Of a DNA stretch of 54,435 nucleotides, positions 1 to 8,092 are shown piece after piece; within the stretch, counting starts at the first letter, position 1; each line of letters begins with the position of its first letter. Source of the DNA: a virus (lineage: Duplodnaviria; Caudoviricetes); the IMG/VR virus record IMGVR_UViG_3300048577_000441, positions 1-54,435 of that record; one strand, 5' to 3'. The notes under the pieces were generated by a model. It was not told the origin of the DNA. It was given only the letters and a program-made list of their open reading frames with translations, and searched no databases. The translations under genes were made by a program, and so were the position numbers.

Positions 1-741
1 TTGACCGCGTATCGCCGGCCCCCGGTTATTGAGAGCGTGATCGAGTTCCAAGTCGATCAGCCCGTCGCCGCCGCCGCACTGAACCGCCTGCGTGACCGTA
101 TCGCAGCGGACTTCTCGAATCGCGTCGACGAGCAAAACTTCAACGTCCACATTGACCCGGACGCCGGAACTATAAACGTCACCGCCGCCCAATCGAACAT
201 CAAGATGCTGGACGACAAGGGGGCGCACCTCCTCACCTTGAAGCCAGATATTATCAACTTCTCAAAGTTCGCCCCTTATCAAGGCTGGTCGGACCTTTCA
301 GGATTCGCGAGGAAATACTTCCCGATGTGGGTGGCCGAGGTGCGGCCAAAGGGAAGTGTCCAGCGTATTGGAATTAGGACTATCAATAGATTAGATATAC
401 CTGCGAAAGGTGCCGAGCCGTATGACCTCGATAAGTATCTTAACTTCACGTATCGCGCGCCGCAGCCGCCGCTGAATCCGAGTCTAACTTTCCTGGTAAC
501 AGTGGAGAGCTTCATCGGTGATAATGACGAATGTGGTGTTCGATACACATCGACTACCGCAGAATCGGCGCTGGTGGGTCACGCTAGTATTATCCTTGAT
601 TTGGACATCTATACTCGGGCGCCCATCGCAGTGGGTGACGAAGGTTTGTGGCCCCTTGTGGAGAGGATGAGGGATTACAAGAACGCTGTCTTTGAGGCGT
701 GCATTACCGACGAGGCGCGGGCTTTGTTCGGTCATGCTTGA
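1..741 (+). CDS. TIGR04255-family protein
   Basis: 246 aa. N-terminal Y-x-x-PP-V-IE-x-V-IE-F, central Y-x-GW, 'RIGIRTINRLDIP' and C-terminal 'ILDLDIY...KNAVFEACITDEARALF' match the family pattern as recalled. TTG start at the window edge. Confidence 0.8.
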   Translation: MTAYRRPPVIESVIEFQVDQPVAAAALNRLRDRIAADFSNRVDEQNFNVHIDPDAGTINVTAAQSNIKMLDDKGAHLLTLKPDIINFSKFAPYQGWSDLSGFARKYFPMWVAEVRPKGSVQRIGIRTINRLDIPAKGAEPYDLDKYLNFTYRAPQPPLNPSLTFLVTVESFIGDNDECGVRYTSTTAESALVGHASIILDLDIYTRAPIAVGDEGLWPLVERMRDYKNAVFEACITDEARALFGHA

Positions 742-1417
742 AGCACAAGTTCAGGCGGCGCCTGGGCGTCGGGGGGCGATAGATCATGCTTCATTCGGAT
801 CTAGCCGCGAGGCGAATCGAGTACTAAGGCAGCTTGAGCGGCGACCAACATCCGGGGATGTAACCAGTTTCTTCGAGGGTACATTAAAGGTACCTCCGAC
901 CGTCACGCAGCCCAACCGAAGGACCCGCCGGTCGAAGACTGGTTTGCCAGTGGGGCTGCACCGCTTTAGCTCACCGCGGCCATTGAACCTAAGGCTCGCA
1001 GAGCGGTCGCTTGCGCTCAAAATCACCCTGAACCAATTCGGCGCCTACCTTTCCGATGATTGGCGTCGGGGCTTGAACCGGCAATTGGATTTTATGCTCG
1101 ACTGCGAAGAGTGGCCTGCTGACGCTTTATTGCCCAGCCCCGACAGCTTTGCCGCTCTCCTTCGGTTAATCATCTATCTCAAGCCAATTAAGCGGCCAAG
1201 CTTGGGAGTCGCCGACGATGGACGTCTGGTCGCAGCGTGGGATTCAGAGGGTGCTCATCTCGTTGTACAGTGCAACGCTGGGGAGAGCGTGCGGTGGTCG
1301 TCGGTGCACATGGTGGATGGGCAAAGAGAAGTTAGTGCCGGGCAAACAACAATCCCTCGACTAATCGCCAATCTAAGCGCCTTCGAGCCGTCGCGATGGT
1401 TCGATTTGCATGACTAA
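734..1417 (+). CDS. Hypothetical protein (second gene of cargo operon; antitoxin/immunity-like)
   Basis: ATG at 734 overlaps the previous gene end. Basic low-complexity N-terminus; C-terminal 'EEW..DALLPSPDSF...RPSLGVADDGRLVAAW' domain. Confidence 0.7.
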   Translation: MLEAQVQAAPGRRGAIDHASFGSSREANRVLRQLERRPTSGDVTSFFEGTLKVPPTVTQPNRRTRRSKTGLPVGLHRFSSPRPLNLRLAERSLALKITLNQFGAYLSDDWRRGLNRQLDFMLDCEEWPADALLPSPDSFAALLRLIIYLKPIKRPSLGVADDGRLVAAWDSEGAHLVVQCNAGESVRWSSVHMVDGQREVSAGQTTIPRLIANLSAFEPSRWFDLHD

Positions 1418-1865
1418 GGATATTGGTGACGATCACCATGTTTTGAGGTGGGTGCCCAAGACGAAGCTTCGGCACGACCCTGACACTTTTGATGTCCTGG
1501 GCCCTCTCCCGATCGCATTTCGCCTACGGAAAGAGATCAACGAGGAATATCTGTCAGTGAGCTGGGTTGAGCATGCTTCTGGTTCCTACAGCGAGCAGCT
1601 CGAACGCACGGCCAAGTTACTCGCGAAGCAGGTGAAAGCGACGCCGACCAAAGGGGGAGCTTTTGCAGAAGGTGCAGCCGGCGATATCCGTAAGGCATGT
1701 GCCGACCAGAGCGGTGTGAAAGTGCGGATCTGGGCGACCCCCACCGGTAAGTCCCCTGCCTACGGCAAAGTGTACGGCATAGAAGCTGATGATGAGAGCC
1801 TGCAGGCGGTCCTTGCCTATGGCTGCTGGGGGAAAACCCACCTAGCGAAGGATGTTCTTGAGTAG
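1410..1865 (+). CDS. Hypothetical protein, possible ADP-ribosyltransferase-like fold
   Basis: 151 aa, overlaps the upstream stop. Motif order 'VLRWV', 'AFRLR', 'YLSVSW' resembles the ART strand-1 Arg and S-x-S motif. The ORF is solid; the fold call is tentative. Confidence 0.6.
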   Translation: MTKDIGDDHHVLRWVPKTKLRHDPDTFDVLGPLPIAFRLRKEINEEYLSVSWVEHASGSYSEQLERTAKLLAKQVKATPTKGGAFAEGAAGDIRKACADQSGVKVRIWATPTGKSPAYGKVYGIEADDESLQAVLAYGCWGKTHLAKDVLE

Positions 1866-1867
1866 TG

Positions 1868-3028
1868 TCATTCCCGCGCTTCCGCTCGGAGACCCTCCGA
1901 GTGGGTATCCGGCGGACTGCTAATCAGGCCCCGTTTGCGCTGCGCGTTCCAGGCGACCTGGTTGTCGCGCGGCAGGTACTTGCGCAGGATCTGCTCCACC
2001 GAAAACGGGCTGTGGCCGGTCACCGCGGCGATTTCCGGGACGGTGCAGCCGGCCCGGGCCTGCTGAACGACACAGGAGTGGCGCAGGGCGCGGAGCTGCA
2101 ATTCTGGCCGGGTGCGGATGGCGGCGAAGACATGGCCCAGGCGCTGCTCGGCCCAGGGCTTGCCCGTGGCGGCGTCGGTGAACAGGTAAAGGCTGTCGGT
2201 CGGCGCGACGGTATCCAGCAGGCCCCGCAGGTCGTCGCTGACCGGCACGGTGACGTGGGCGCGGGTCTTGGACTGCCAGAAGCGGAACAGGCCCTGGCGG
2301 GCGTCGTATTCGCCGCCGCGCCGGAACAGGCGCAGGTCGGTGACCCGCTGGCCGATTTCCCAGTTGGTGAGGATCATCGCGGCGATCGAGGGCTGGCCGG
2401 CCATGGCGCAGGCCCAGGCCTCACGGCGGGCGTCCTCCCATTCCCAGATGGTCAGCTGGCTCTCCGGCGCGGCCATCTTGATCCGCTCGGCCGGGTTGTC
2501 GGTGCGCCAGCCGAGGGCGATGGCGTGATCCAGCAGCATCTTCAGGACGATTTTGACGTGCCGGCGCGTGGTCGGCCGATCATCGTACAGGGCCAGAAAG
2601 GCCTCGATCGCGTCGCGGGGCAGGCCTGAGACCGGGCGGTGGCCGTTGGCGGCCGACCAGTCGAAGATCAGGCTGGCGTGGTAAGCGTAGCCCTGCTGGG
2701 TGCGCGGCTTCTTTGCCTTGAAACCCTGGCTGGTCTGCCACTCGCGGATCAGGCGGCGGAAGTCCCGGCCGGTGGCCTCGGGCGCCGGGCCGCCGAGCCT
2801 GGCCTGCTGCAGGCGGACGTAGAGGGCCTGGGCGTCGTCGCGGATCCGCGCCACCTCGCCCAGGTCAGAGAGGTCACCGGTGCGGGCGCCGTTGATCGGC
2901 AGGGGGATCGCCGCCGACCAGCCGGAGGGGCGCAGCCGGGCGGGCACCTCCATCAGGACGCGATAGGTCCCGTCCTTGCGCCGGCGCAGGGTGACGTATC
3001 TTCCGAGCTCGAGCGCGACGGATGGCAT
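1868..3028 (-). CDS. int: Tyrosine recombinase / phage integrase (start 3028 or 3052)
   Basis: GQR (catalytic R), QSKT (K), LRALRHS, TGH and KYL (catalytic Y); upstream core-binding domain 'PRTQQGY...DNPA'. Confidence 0.92.
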   Translation of the reverse strand: MPSVALELGRYVTLRRRKDGTYRVLMEVPARLRPSGWSAAIPLPINGARTGDLSDLGEVARIRDDAQALYVRLQQARLGGPAPEATGRDFRRLIREWQTSQGFKAKKPRTQQGYAYHASLIFDWSAANGHRPVSGLPRDAIEAFLALYDDRPTTRRHVKIVLKMLLDHAIALGWRTDNPAERIKMAAPESQLTIWEWEDARREAWACAMAGQPSIAAMILTNWEIGQRVTDLRLFRRGGEYDARQGLFRFWQSKTRAHVTVPVSDDLRGLLDTVAPTDSLYLFTDAATGKPWAEQRLGHVFAAIRTRPELQLRALRHSCVVQQARAGCTVPEIAAVTGHSPFSVEQILRKYLPRDNQVAWNAQRKRGLISSPPDTHSEGLRAEARE

Positions 3029-3269
3029 CGGGGTCTGCGGTCCAGGTTTCATGGGTCGGCGCATCCTTGACCAAACGGAAGGCTTTGAGAACGGCGTCCC
3101 GGTCGAACATCGTTGATCGGCCCAGCTGGACAGGGGACGCAGGGAGCCACGTGGGGTCCTCTCGCCGCTTGCGGGCTAGTCGGCTCGGGCTGCAGCCCGC
3201 GAGGGCGCAGACTTGGCGGGTCGTCAAGCGCAGCGGAAGGGCGATGTCATCAAGACCAGGATTCGTCAT
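2874..3269 (-). CDS. Excisionase-like / AlpA-MerR-type wHTH protein
   Basis: 'LTTRQVCALAGCSPSRL...LGRSTMFDRDAV' directly upstream of and overlapping int. Confidence 0.7.
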   Translation of the reverse strand: MTNPGLDDIALPLRLTTRQVCALAGCSPSRLARKRREDPTWLPASPVQLGRSTMFDRDAVLKAFRLVKDAPTHETWTADPDAIRRARARKIRHPAPAQGRDLSRPDGGARPAAPLRLVGGDPPADQRRPHR

Positions 3270-3295
3270 GGGAGAATCGCGCCACGTTCAACCGC

Positions 3296-3886
3296 ATGAA
3301 CGACTGTCTCTTCGCTTGGCAAACCGGTTGTGTGCTCGATAGCGACACGTCGGCTGCCTGGGCACAGGCCTATCTTAGTGCCTTGGCAATTCTGGCTGCT
3401 TGGCTCTTTCAGTGGGCGGTCGAGCGGCGGCGGCATCGTCGCGAGTTCCAAAGAGAGATGGTGGCTCTGCAGAGCTTGGTTGCTAGCTTGATTGGTCATG
3501 TCCGTGCCTGCCATGCTGGGGCAACCTCGCACGATGTCGGCGTCGATGGCCTCACCATCCTCGTGCCGGCTCTTAACGCCGAGGCCGAGGCAGTTGGATT
3601 GATCTCGATCCAGCGACTCGAGGACGTTGAGGTGGCCACACACTTCACGCAACTTCGGGTCGGCTTGAAGGTCCTCTCCGCAGTGCTGAATGAATCCGTG
3701 GCCACCCGCCACCTTGATGATGGGTTGCTCGGCGAGGCGTTCTTGCTGGTGATTCCACCACTGAGGGCGCTCGGGTTTCGCGAGGACGGAAGTTGGATTT
3801 CGACTCCGGATAGAATGGATGAGGCCGACCGGGATCTCAAAACTGCACTTGAGTGGGCTAGAGCGGCAGCCGGCGAGAGTAGCTGA
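3296..3886 (+). CDS. Single-TM membrane protein (antisense moron, paralog A)
   Basis: MNDCLFAWQTGC..DS..SAAWAQA followed by a hydrophobic helix and RRR; AT-richer; opposite strand to its neighbours. Confidence 0.7.
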   Translation: MNDCLFAWQTGCVLDSDTSAAWAQAYLSALAILAAWLFQWAVERRRHRREFQREMVALQSLVASLIGHVRACHAGATSHDVGVDGLTILVPALNAEAEAVGLISIQRLEDVEVATHFTQLRVGLKVLSAVLNESVATRHLDDGLLGEAFLLVIPPLRALGFREDGSWISTPDRMDEADRDLKTALEWARAAAGESS

Positions 3887-3894
3887 GTAATCGA

Positions 3895-4404
3895 TCATGA
3901 CTCCGCCAACGGCTTAAGATGCCCGTTCCCTAGAGGATCGAGACCTCGGTCGCTTCGCCATTCGGCGACTGAGCTGTCGCCGTCCAGGACCACGCGGGCG
4001 GCCATGACGGCAGTCTGGACGGCTTCCTTGCGGACGTTGGCGGCGGGTTCATCCAGGATGGCCTTGGCCAGCTCGCCGAACTCCTCGGCCAGAGCGATGG
4101 TCATGATCCGGTCGCCGGGGAACTTGGCCCGAGCGCGGACTAGCTCGACCCGAACTTCAGCCAGGAAGGCGTCCACATCGGCGTCCTCCAAGCCGTCAGC
4201 CATTAACGGTCCTAGGGGTCGGGTCGCGCCGCCGCGTTCATTAACTGGGTTATGTGGCGCTTGCGCTGCGGTTCTAGTGAGCTCCGCCGCGGCACTCTGG
4301 ATGATTTCCTTTGCGAGCGCTGCCTCGCTGGGGGTGAGGGGTTCCAGCTTGCCGAGCCGCTCGCGCAGCTGGCGGAGGCTGGAGATTAGATCAAGCGCGC
4401 TCAT
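3895..4404 (-). CDS. MazG-like nucleotide pyrophosphohydrolase domain protein
   Basis: 'ALAEEFGELAKAILDE...VRKEAVQTAVMAAR' matches the EExGE...E-x-x-Q all-alpha NTP-PPase signature. Confidence 0.7.
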   Translation of the reverse strand: MSALDLISSLRQLRERLGKLEPLTPSEAALAKEIIQSAAAELTRTAAQAPHNPVNERGGATRPLGPLMADGLEDADVDAFLAEVRVELVRARAKFPGDRIMTIALAEEFGELAKAILDEPAANVRKEAVQTAVMAARVVLDGDSSVAEWRSDRGLDPLGNGHLKPLAES

Positions 4405-5003
4405 GTGGTGGTCTCCCGCAACACCTGTCGCTTCCCAGTGATGTCGGCGTGGCTGACGATGCCCTGGGCTTGCATGCGCTCGACGAGCGCTGCAGCGCGG
4501 TTGTAGCCGACCTGCAGCTTGCGCTGGACGTAGGAGGTCGACGCCTTGCCGTCGCGCCGAACTAGGGCGACGGCCTGGTCATAAAGCGCGTCCTCCTCCG
4601 GAACGCCGCGGACCATCCGTTCGGCGGCGGCCAACTGGTCGGGCGTTCCAGTGACCGACTTTCCGCCGGCCATGGTCAGGGTGATGCTGGTGATCCCCTC
4701 GTGCTCGCTGGAGCTCGCCCTCTCAAACAACGGCAGCTCGCCAAGGGCCGACAGGTAGAGGTCCATGAGGGCGTCCTCCTCCTGCTGCTTTGCCCGATCT
4801 TGTTTGCGCCGGCGGATCACCTTGCGGAGGATCTTCACGTCGAAGCCGTTGCCCTTGGCCTCGGCGAACACCTCCTTGATCTGCTCCGCGACCTCGGCCT
4901 TCTCGACCTCGAGGCGCTCTATCCGCTCGACGATGCTCTTCAGTTGGCCCTGGGCTGTCATGTTGAGCGGGTCTGCGCCGCTGTTGTCTCCGATGTCGGC
5001 CAT
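4401..5003 (-). CDS. gapR: GapR (DUF2312) nucleoid-protein domain fused to a C-terminal FtsK gamma wHTH domain
   Basis: N-terminal 'QLKSIVERIERLEVEKAEVAEQIKEVFAEAKGNGFDVKILRKVIRRRK...DLYLSALG' is GapR-like; C-terminal 'DALYDQAVALV...ASTSYVQRKLQVGYNRAAALVERMQAQGIVS..GKRQVL' is FtsK gamma. Confidence 0.9.
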   Translation of the reverse strand: MADIGDNSGADPLNMTAQGQLKSIVERIERLEVEKAEVAEQIKEVFAEAKGNGFDVKILRKVIRRRKQDRAKQQEEDALMDLYLSALGELPLFERASSSEHEGITSITLTMAGGKSVTGTPDQLAAAERMVRGVPEEDALYDQAVALVRRDGKASTSYVQRKLQVGYNRAAALVERMQAQGIVSHADITGKRQVLRETTT

Positions 5004-5005
5004 GA

Positions 5006-5224
5006 CTAGGCGCACTCCGAAATGAGTTCGTTGAGGATGTCGCGGGCCTTGGTGAGGGCCTCGCGGCGGGAGTTGGTCGGGATCTCGCCGAGGGTCACGC
5101 CTGGGCAGACGGACGAGGCCTGCTTGAGCTGGCGGCCCCAGGCGGCCATCTCGGCCGGCAGGTCGATGGCGGCCAAGCACAGGGCGGCGGCGAGGCGCTG
5201 GCGGCGGTCCAGGAGGTCCGTCAT
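5006..5224 (-). CDS. Hypothetical phage protein
   Basis: 72-aa ORF packed against the next gene in the leftward operon. Confidence 0.6.
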   Translation of the reverse strand: MTDLLDRRQRLAAALCLAAIDLPAEMAAWGRQLKQASSVCPGVTLGEIPTNSRREALTKARDILNELISECA

Positions 5225-5259
5225 GGTGCTGGCCGCGAGTTCATCGGGGGACGAAGGCT

Positions 5260-5823
5260 TTGGAAGACTGCTATTTCGCCATTCAGGCGGGCTGTCGGTA
5301 TGACTCGACGTCGACCGCCGCCTGGGTCCAAGCGGTGGGTTCGGTGGTGGCCATAGCGGTCTCTGCGGCGCTGGCCTTCATCATTCCAGCGCGGGAGCGG
5401 ACGAGACAGGCCGAGGAGGAGATAGCTAGGGCGATACGGATGTCTGTCGTGAGCCTCACCTTGGTGACCAGCGGGTGGGAGAGCTATCGCAAGCTCGCCC
5501 GCGCCGGCCGTTGGCACCAAAGCAGTCACGTCGGCATGATGGAACACGTCCGGACCTGCCGCGACGCCATCGCAGCGATCGACTACCGCCTGCTCCCGGA
5601 TGACTTCGCAATCTGGCTTAGTAGAGCCCGGCTTTCCCTGGCAGCTCTGGAAGCGGTTATAGCCCTTGCCACGGAGGCCCGCCTCCAGAAGAGAGCGCCT
5701 CAGCTGTGGGGGGCGGATGAACAGATCAAGAGCGTTCGTGAGGCCCTCGTAAAGGCCGTAAGCAAGGGCCAGGCGCTCGGGCTCAACTTCGTCTCCGAGC
5801 CGCCGCCTACAATCATTGAATAG
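5260..5823 (+). CDS. Single-TM membrane protein (antisense moron, paralog B)
   Basis: MEDCYFAIQAGC..DS..TAAWVQAVGSVVAIAV; N-terminus similar to that of 3296..3886. Confidence 0.7.
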   Translation: MEDCYFAIQAGCRYDSTSTAAWVQAVGSVVAIAVSAALAFIIPARERTRQAEEEIARAIRMSVVSLTLVTSGWESYRKLARAGRWHQSSHVGMMEHVRTCRDAIAAIDYRLLPDDFAIWLSRARLSLAALEAVIALATEARLQKRAPQLWGADEQIKSVREALVKAVSKGQALGLNFVSEPPPTIIE

Positions 5824-5849
5824 GCCGCAGACCCGCCCGGCCAGTGCAT

Positions 5850-6215
5850 TCAGCATGGGCTTGATCTCTCAAAATCGAAGTACCGCACAGACGGCGCAGG
5901 GCGCGGGAGACGGGGCTCGTGGCCCAGGACCTGGTTCAGGCGGGCGAGCTCGGTCTCGCCGCGGGGGAGGAGGTGGAAGACCTTGCCGTCGCGGCCGATC
6001 AGGCCGGACCGCTCCAGCTCGGTGATCAGGGACCAGAGCTTCTTGCGCCGGTTGGCGGGGACCGGGTCGGCGAGGCCGACGGCGTCGGCGATGCGGCGGA
6101 AGTTCCCCTCGCGGTGGGCGAGGTTGGCCAGGATCTTGTGGGTGCGCCCGCCCGGCGTGAAGTTGCAGGCCAGGGGCATGGTCGCGCGCTGGCGAATGGC
6201 ATGGGTGGTCGCCAT
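5850..6215 (-). CDS. Winged-helix DNA-binding protein
   Basis: 'ILANL...FRRIADAVGL...LITELERSGLIGRDGKVFHLLPRG' wHTH pattern; GAGGAG RBS. Confidence 0.65.
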   Translation of the reverse strand: MATTHAIRQRATMPLACNFTPGGRTHKILANLAHREGNFRRIADAVGLADPVPANRRKKLWSLITELERSGLIGRDGKVFHLLPRGETELARLNQVLGHEPRLPRPAPSVRYFDFERSSPC

Positions 6216-6226
6216 GGCTGGGCTCC

Positions 6227-6553
6227 TCAGTGAAGGTGGGCGGGTCGGGCCTGCGCCTGGTCCAGGGCCTGCAGGGCCTCGGGGGCGAACAGGGCCAGGG
6301 CCTGGCGCAGGGCGTCGGCGCGCTCGGCGCAGCCCGCGCAGGATTTGCCGGCGGCGGTGCGCTCCTCGATCGCCGTGGTGAGAAGGGCCGAGGCCACGGC
6401 CTCCAAATCCTCCACCGAGCAGCTGGAGCCGGACCAGTAGATGTGCCGGGTGGTGTCATCGGCGGCGATGGTGGCCACCACGGCCGGGGCGTCCCGCAGA
6501 ACCCGGGAGACGTCTTCGGAGGCGCGATTGCACACGTCGTTCTGGATGGTCAT
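6227..6553 (-). CDS. Hypothetical phage protein (CxxC)
   Basis: ATG at 6553 (MTIQNDV...), in the leftward operon, high-GC3 codons. Confidence 0.6.
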   Translation of the reverse strand: MTIQNDVCNRASEDVSRVLRDAPAVVATIAADDTTRHIYWSGSSCSVEDLEAVASALLTTAIEERTAAGKSCAGCAERADALRQALALFAPEALQALDQAQARPAHLH

Positions 6554-6659
6554 CGGTCGGCTCCGGCGGGGGTGGCGATAGACGGGCAGGGCGGGGCGGT
6601 GGCCCGGCCGCAGGCGAAGGCCGTGGCGTAGGCGGCCACGGAGATGAGGAAGCAGGCGG

Positions 6660-6980
6660 TCAGGACTGAGCCGCGCACGGGACGCCTCCGGCCGTGCGGA
6701 TGGGAACGACCCGTGGGTCGGCCCGCATCGCCTCACCGATCCGCAGGGCGGCGCGGTAGTGGAAGAGGCCCCGCAGATAGGCGTCGCGGGCGCTGACGAA
6801 GGCGCTGCGGGCGACCCGCAGATGGCCGGCGGCCATGTGCTCCTCGCCCGCCGCCGTCTCGGCCTCGCCGCAAGTCCGCCACAGGTCGAACTCGGCCAGG
6901 TGCCACCGCTCGACGTCGGCCAGGTCCAGCTGGACGCGGCCGCCGACGGTGGCGAGCCGGATCATGGGGGCGGCGTTCAT
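6660..6980 (-). CDS. Hypothetical phage protein
   Basis: ATG at 6980 (MNAAPMIRL...) with GGAG RBS. Confidence 0.55.
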   Translation of the reverse strand: MNAAPMIRLATVGGRVQLDLADVERWHLAEFDLWRTCGEAETAAGEEHMAAGHLRVARSAFVSARDAYLRGLFHYRAALRIGEAMRADPRVVPIRTAGGVPCAAQS

Positions 6981-7077
6981 GGCCGCGCTCCCGCGATCAT
7001 CTGGCGCAGGTGCGCCAGCAGGGCGTCCAGCTGCGCCGGCGTCATCAGGTGCTGCGGGGTCGGGACGGGGACGGCGT

Positions 7078-7362
7078 TCACCGCCCCGCCCTCCGGTCGA
7101 TGGCGGCCAGCTGGCGGTCGATGTCAGCCACCAGGCTGCGGGCCCGTTCCTTGAGATCGAGGTCCACGCCGGGCAGGGAGACCAGCTCGGCCCCCTCGGC
7201 GGCGACCTCGCGCAGGGCGGCCAGCCAGGCCAGAGCGGCCTCGCGGCCGGCGGCCTCCATCTGGGCCTGGAGCGCTTGCGACCGGGCGATGGCGGCACGG
7301 GGGGAGTTCGCCGCGCCAGCGCGGTCGCCAAAGCCGGGGCGAAGGATTTCGGGACGGGACAT
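7078..7362 (-). CDS. Hypothetical phage protein
   Basis: 94-aa helical ORF starting 3 nt after the upstream stop. Confidence 0.6.
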   Translation of the reverse strand: MSRPEILRPGFGDRAGAANSPRAAIARSQALQAQMEAAGREAALAWLAALREVAAEGAELVSLPGVDLDLKERARSLVADIDRQLAAIDRRAGR

Positions 7363-7365
7363 GGA

Positions 7366-8022
7366 TCAGGCCTCCATCAGGGCGCCGGCCGCCTGGGCCG
7401 GGGTCGGGGCAGGGGCGCGCACCGGCTCGGCGAACCGGTAGAGGGCCACAGGCATGTGGTTCATCACCGAGCGGCGGACGATGCGCGGGGGATTGGGGGT
7501 GTGGACGGCGGCCACGGCGGGCGCCTCGTAGTGGGGATAGGCGGCGGTCGCCCGCCAGGGGGACACGACGACCCCGAGGGCCGGGCCCCGACCGGTGCAG
7601 AGGAAGACGTCGCCGGGCTGGGCGGCCTTCTGCAGGTTGGTGTCGGTGGCGGTGGCGACCAGGCTGAGCCCCCAGGCCTTCACCAGCCCCTCGAACGGGG
7701 TCGGATCGTAGCGGGCCTGTTCGGCGCCATAGCCGGCGAGGTCGCTGATGGGCTGGGGCTGGGCCAGGATACCTTCATGGGCGCCCGCCGCCGCGGCGGC
7801 CCAGTCGACGGCGGCCTGAACGCAGGCGCGCACCAGCCCGATCTCGTCGAACAGGTCGGGACCGCGGCCCATGTGCTGGTAACCGACGCCGGTGGCGCAG
7901 ATCAGGGCGGCGGCCTGAACCATGACCTCGGCGCGGGACCGGGCCCCGCGCATGACCGGATGGCCTAGATCGACGCGCCAGGCGTCGTAGTCTGGAAGCG
8001 GTTGGCTGTGAGCGGCGTGCAT
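7366..8022 (-). CDS. Hypothetical phage protein, first gene of the early-left operon
   Basis: 218-aa ORF directly downstream of the OL operators; GAGGGA RBS. Confidence 0.65.
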   Translation of the reverse strand: MHAAHSQPLPDYDAWRVDLGHPVMRGARSRAEVMVQAAALICATGVGYQHMGRGPDLFDEIGLVRACVQAAVDWAAAAAGAHEGILAQPQPISDLAGYGAEQARYDPTPFEGLVKAWGLSLVATATDTNLQKAAQPGDVFLCTGRGPALGVVVSPWRATAAYPHYEAPAVAAVHTPNPPRIVRRSVMNHMPVALYRFAEPVRAPAPTPAQAAGALMEA

Positions 8023-8046
8023 CTCGATCCCTCTTTGAGACCGAGC

Positions 8047-8087
8047 ATGACAAAACGTGCTATCCTAGGCAAGCACAATATGTGCTT
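8047..8087. promoter_or_regulatory. OL/PL-like region: two 15-bp repressor operators
   Basis: ATGACAAAACGTGCT (8047-8061) and palindromic AGCACAATATGTGCT (8072-8086); the same motif recurs between cI and cro. Confidence 0.8.
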
Positions 8088-8092
8088 ACAGC

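Noticed and set aside
4201-4250. CtrA box from two TTAA sequences
   Set aside because: The spacing is not TTAA-N7-TTAA and the site is inside a gene
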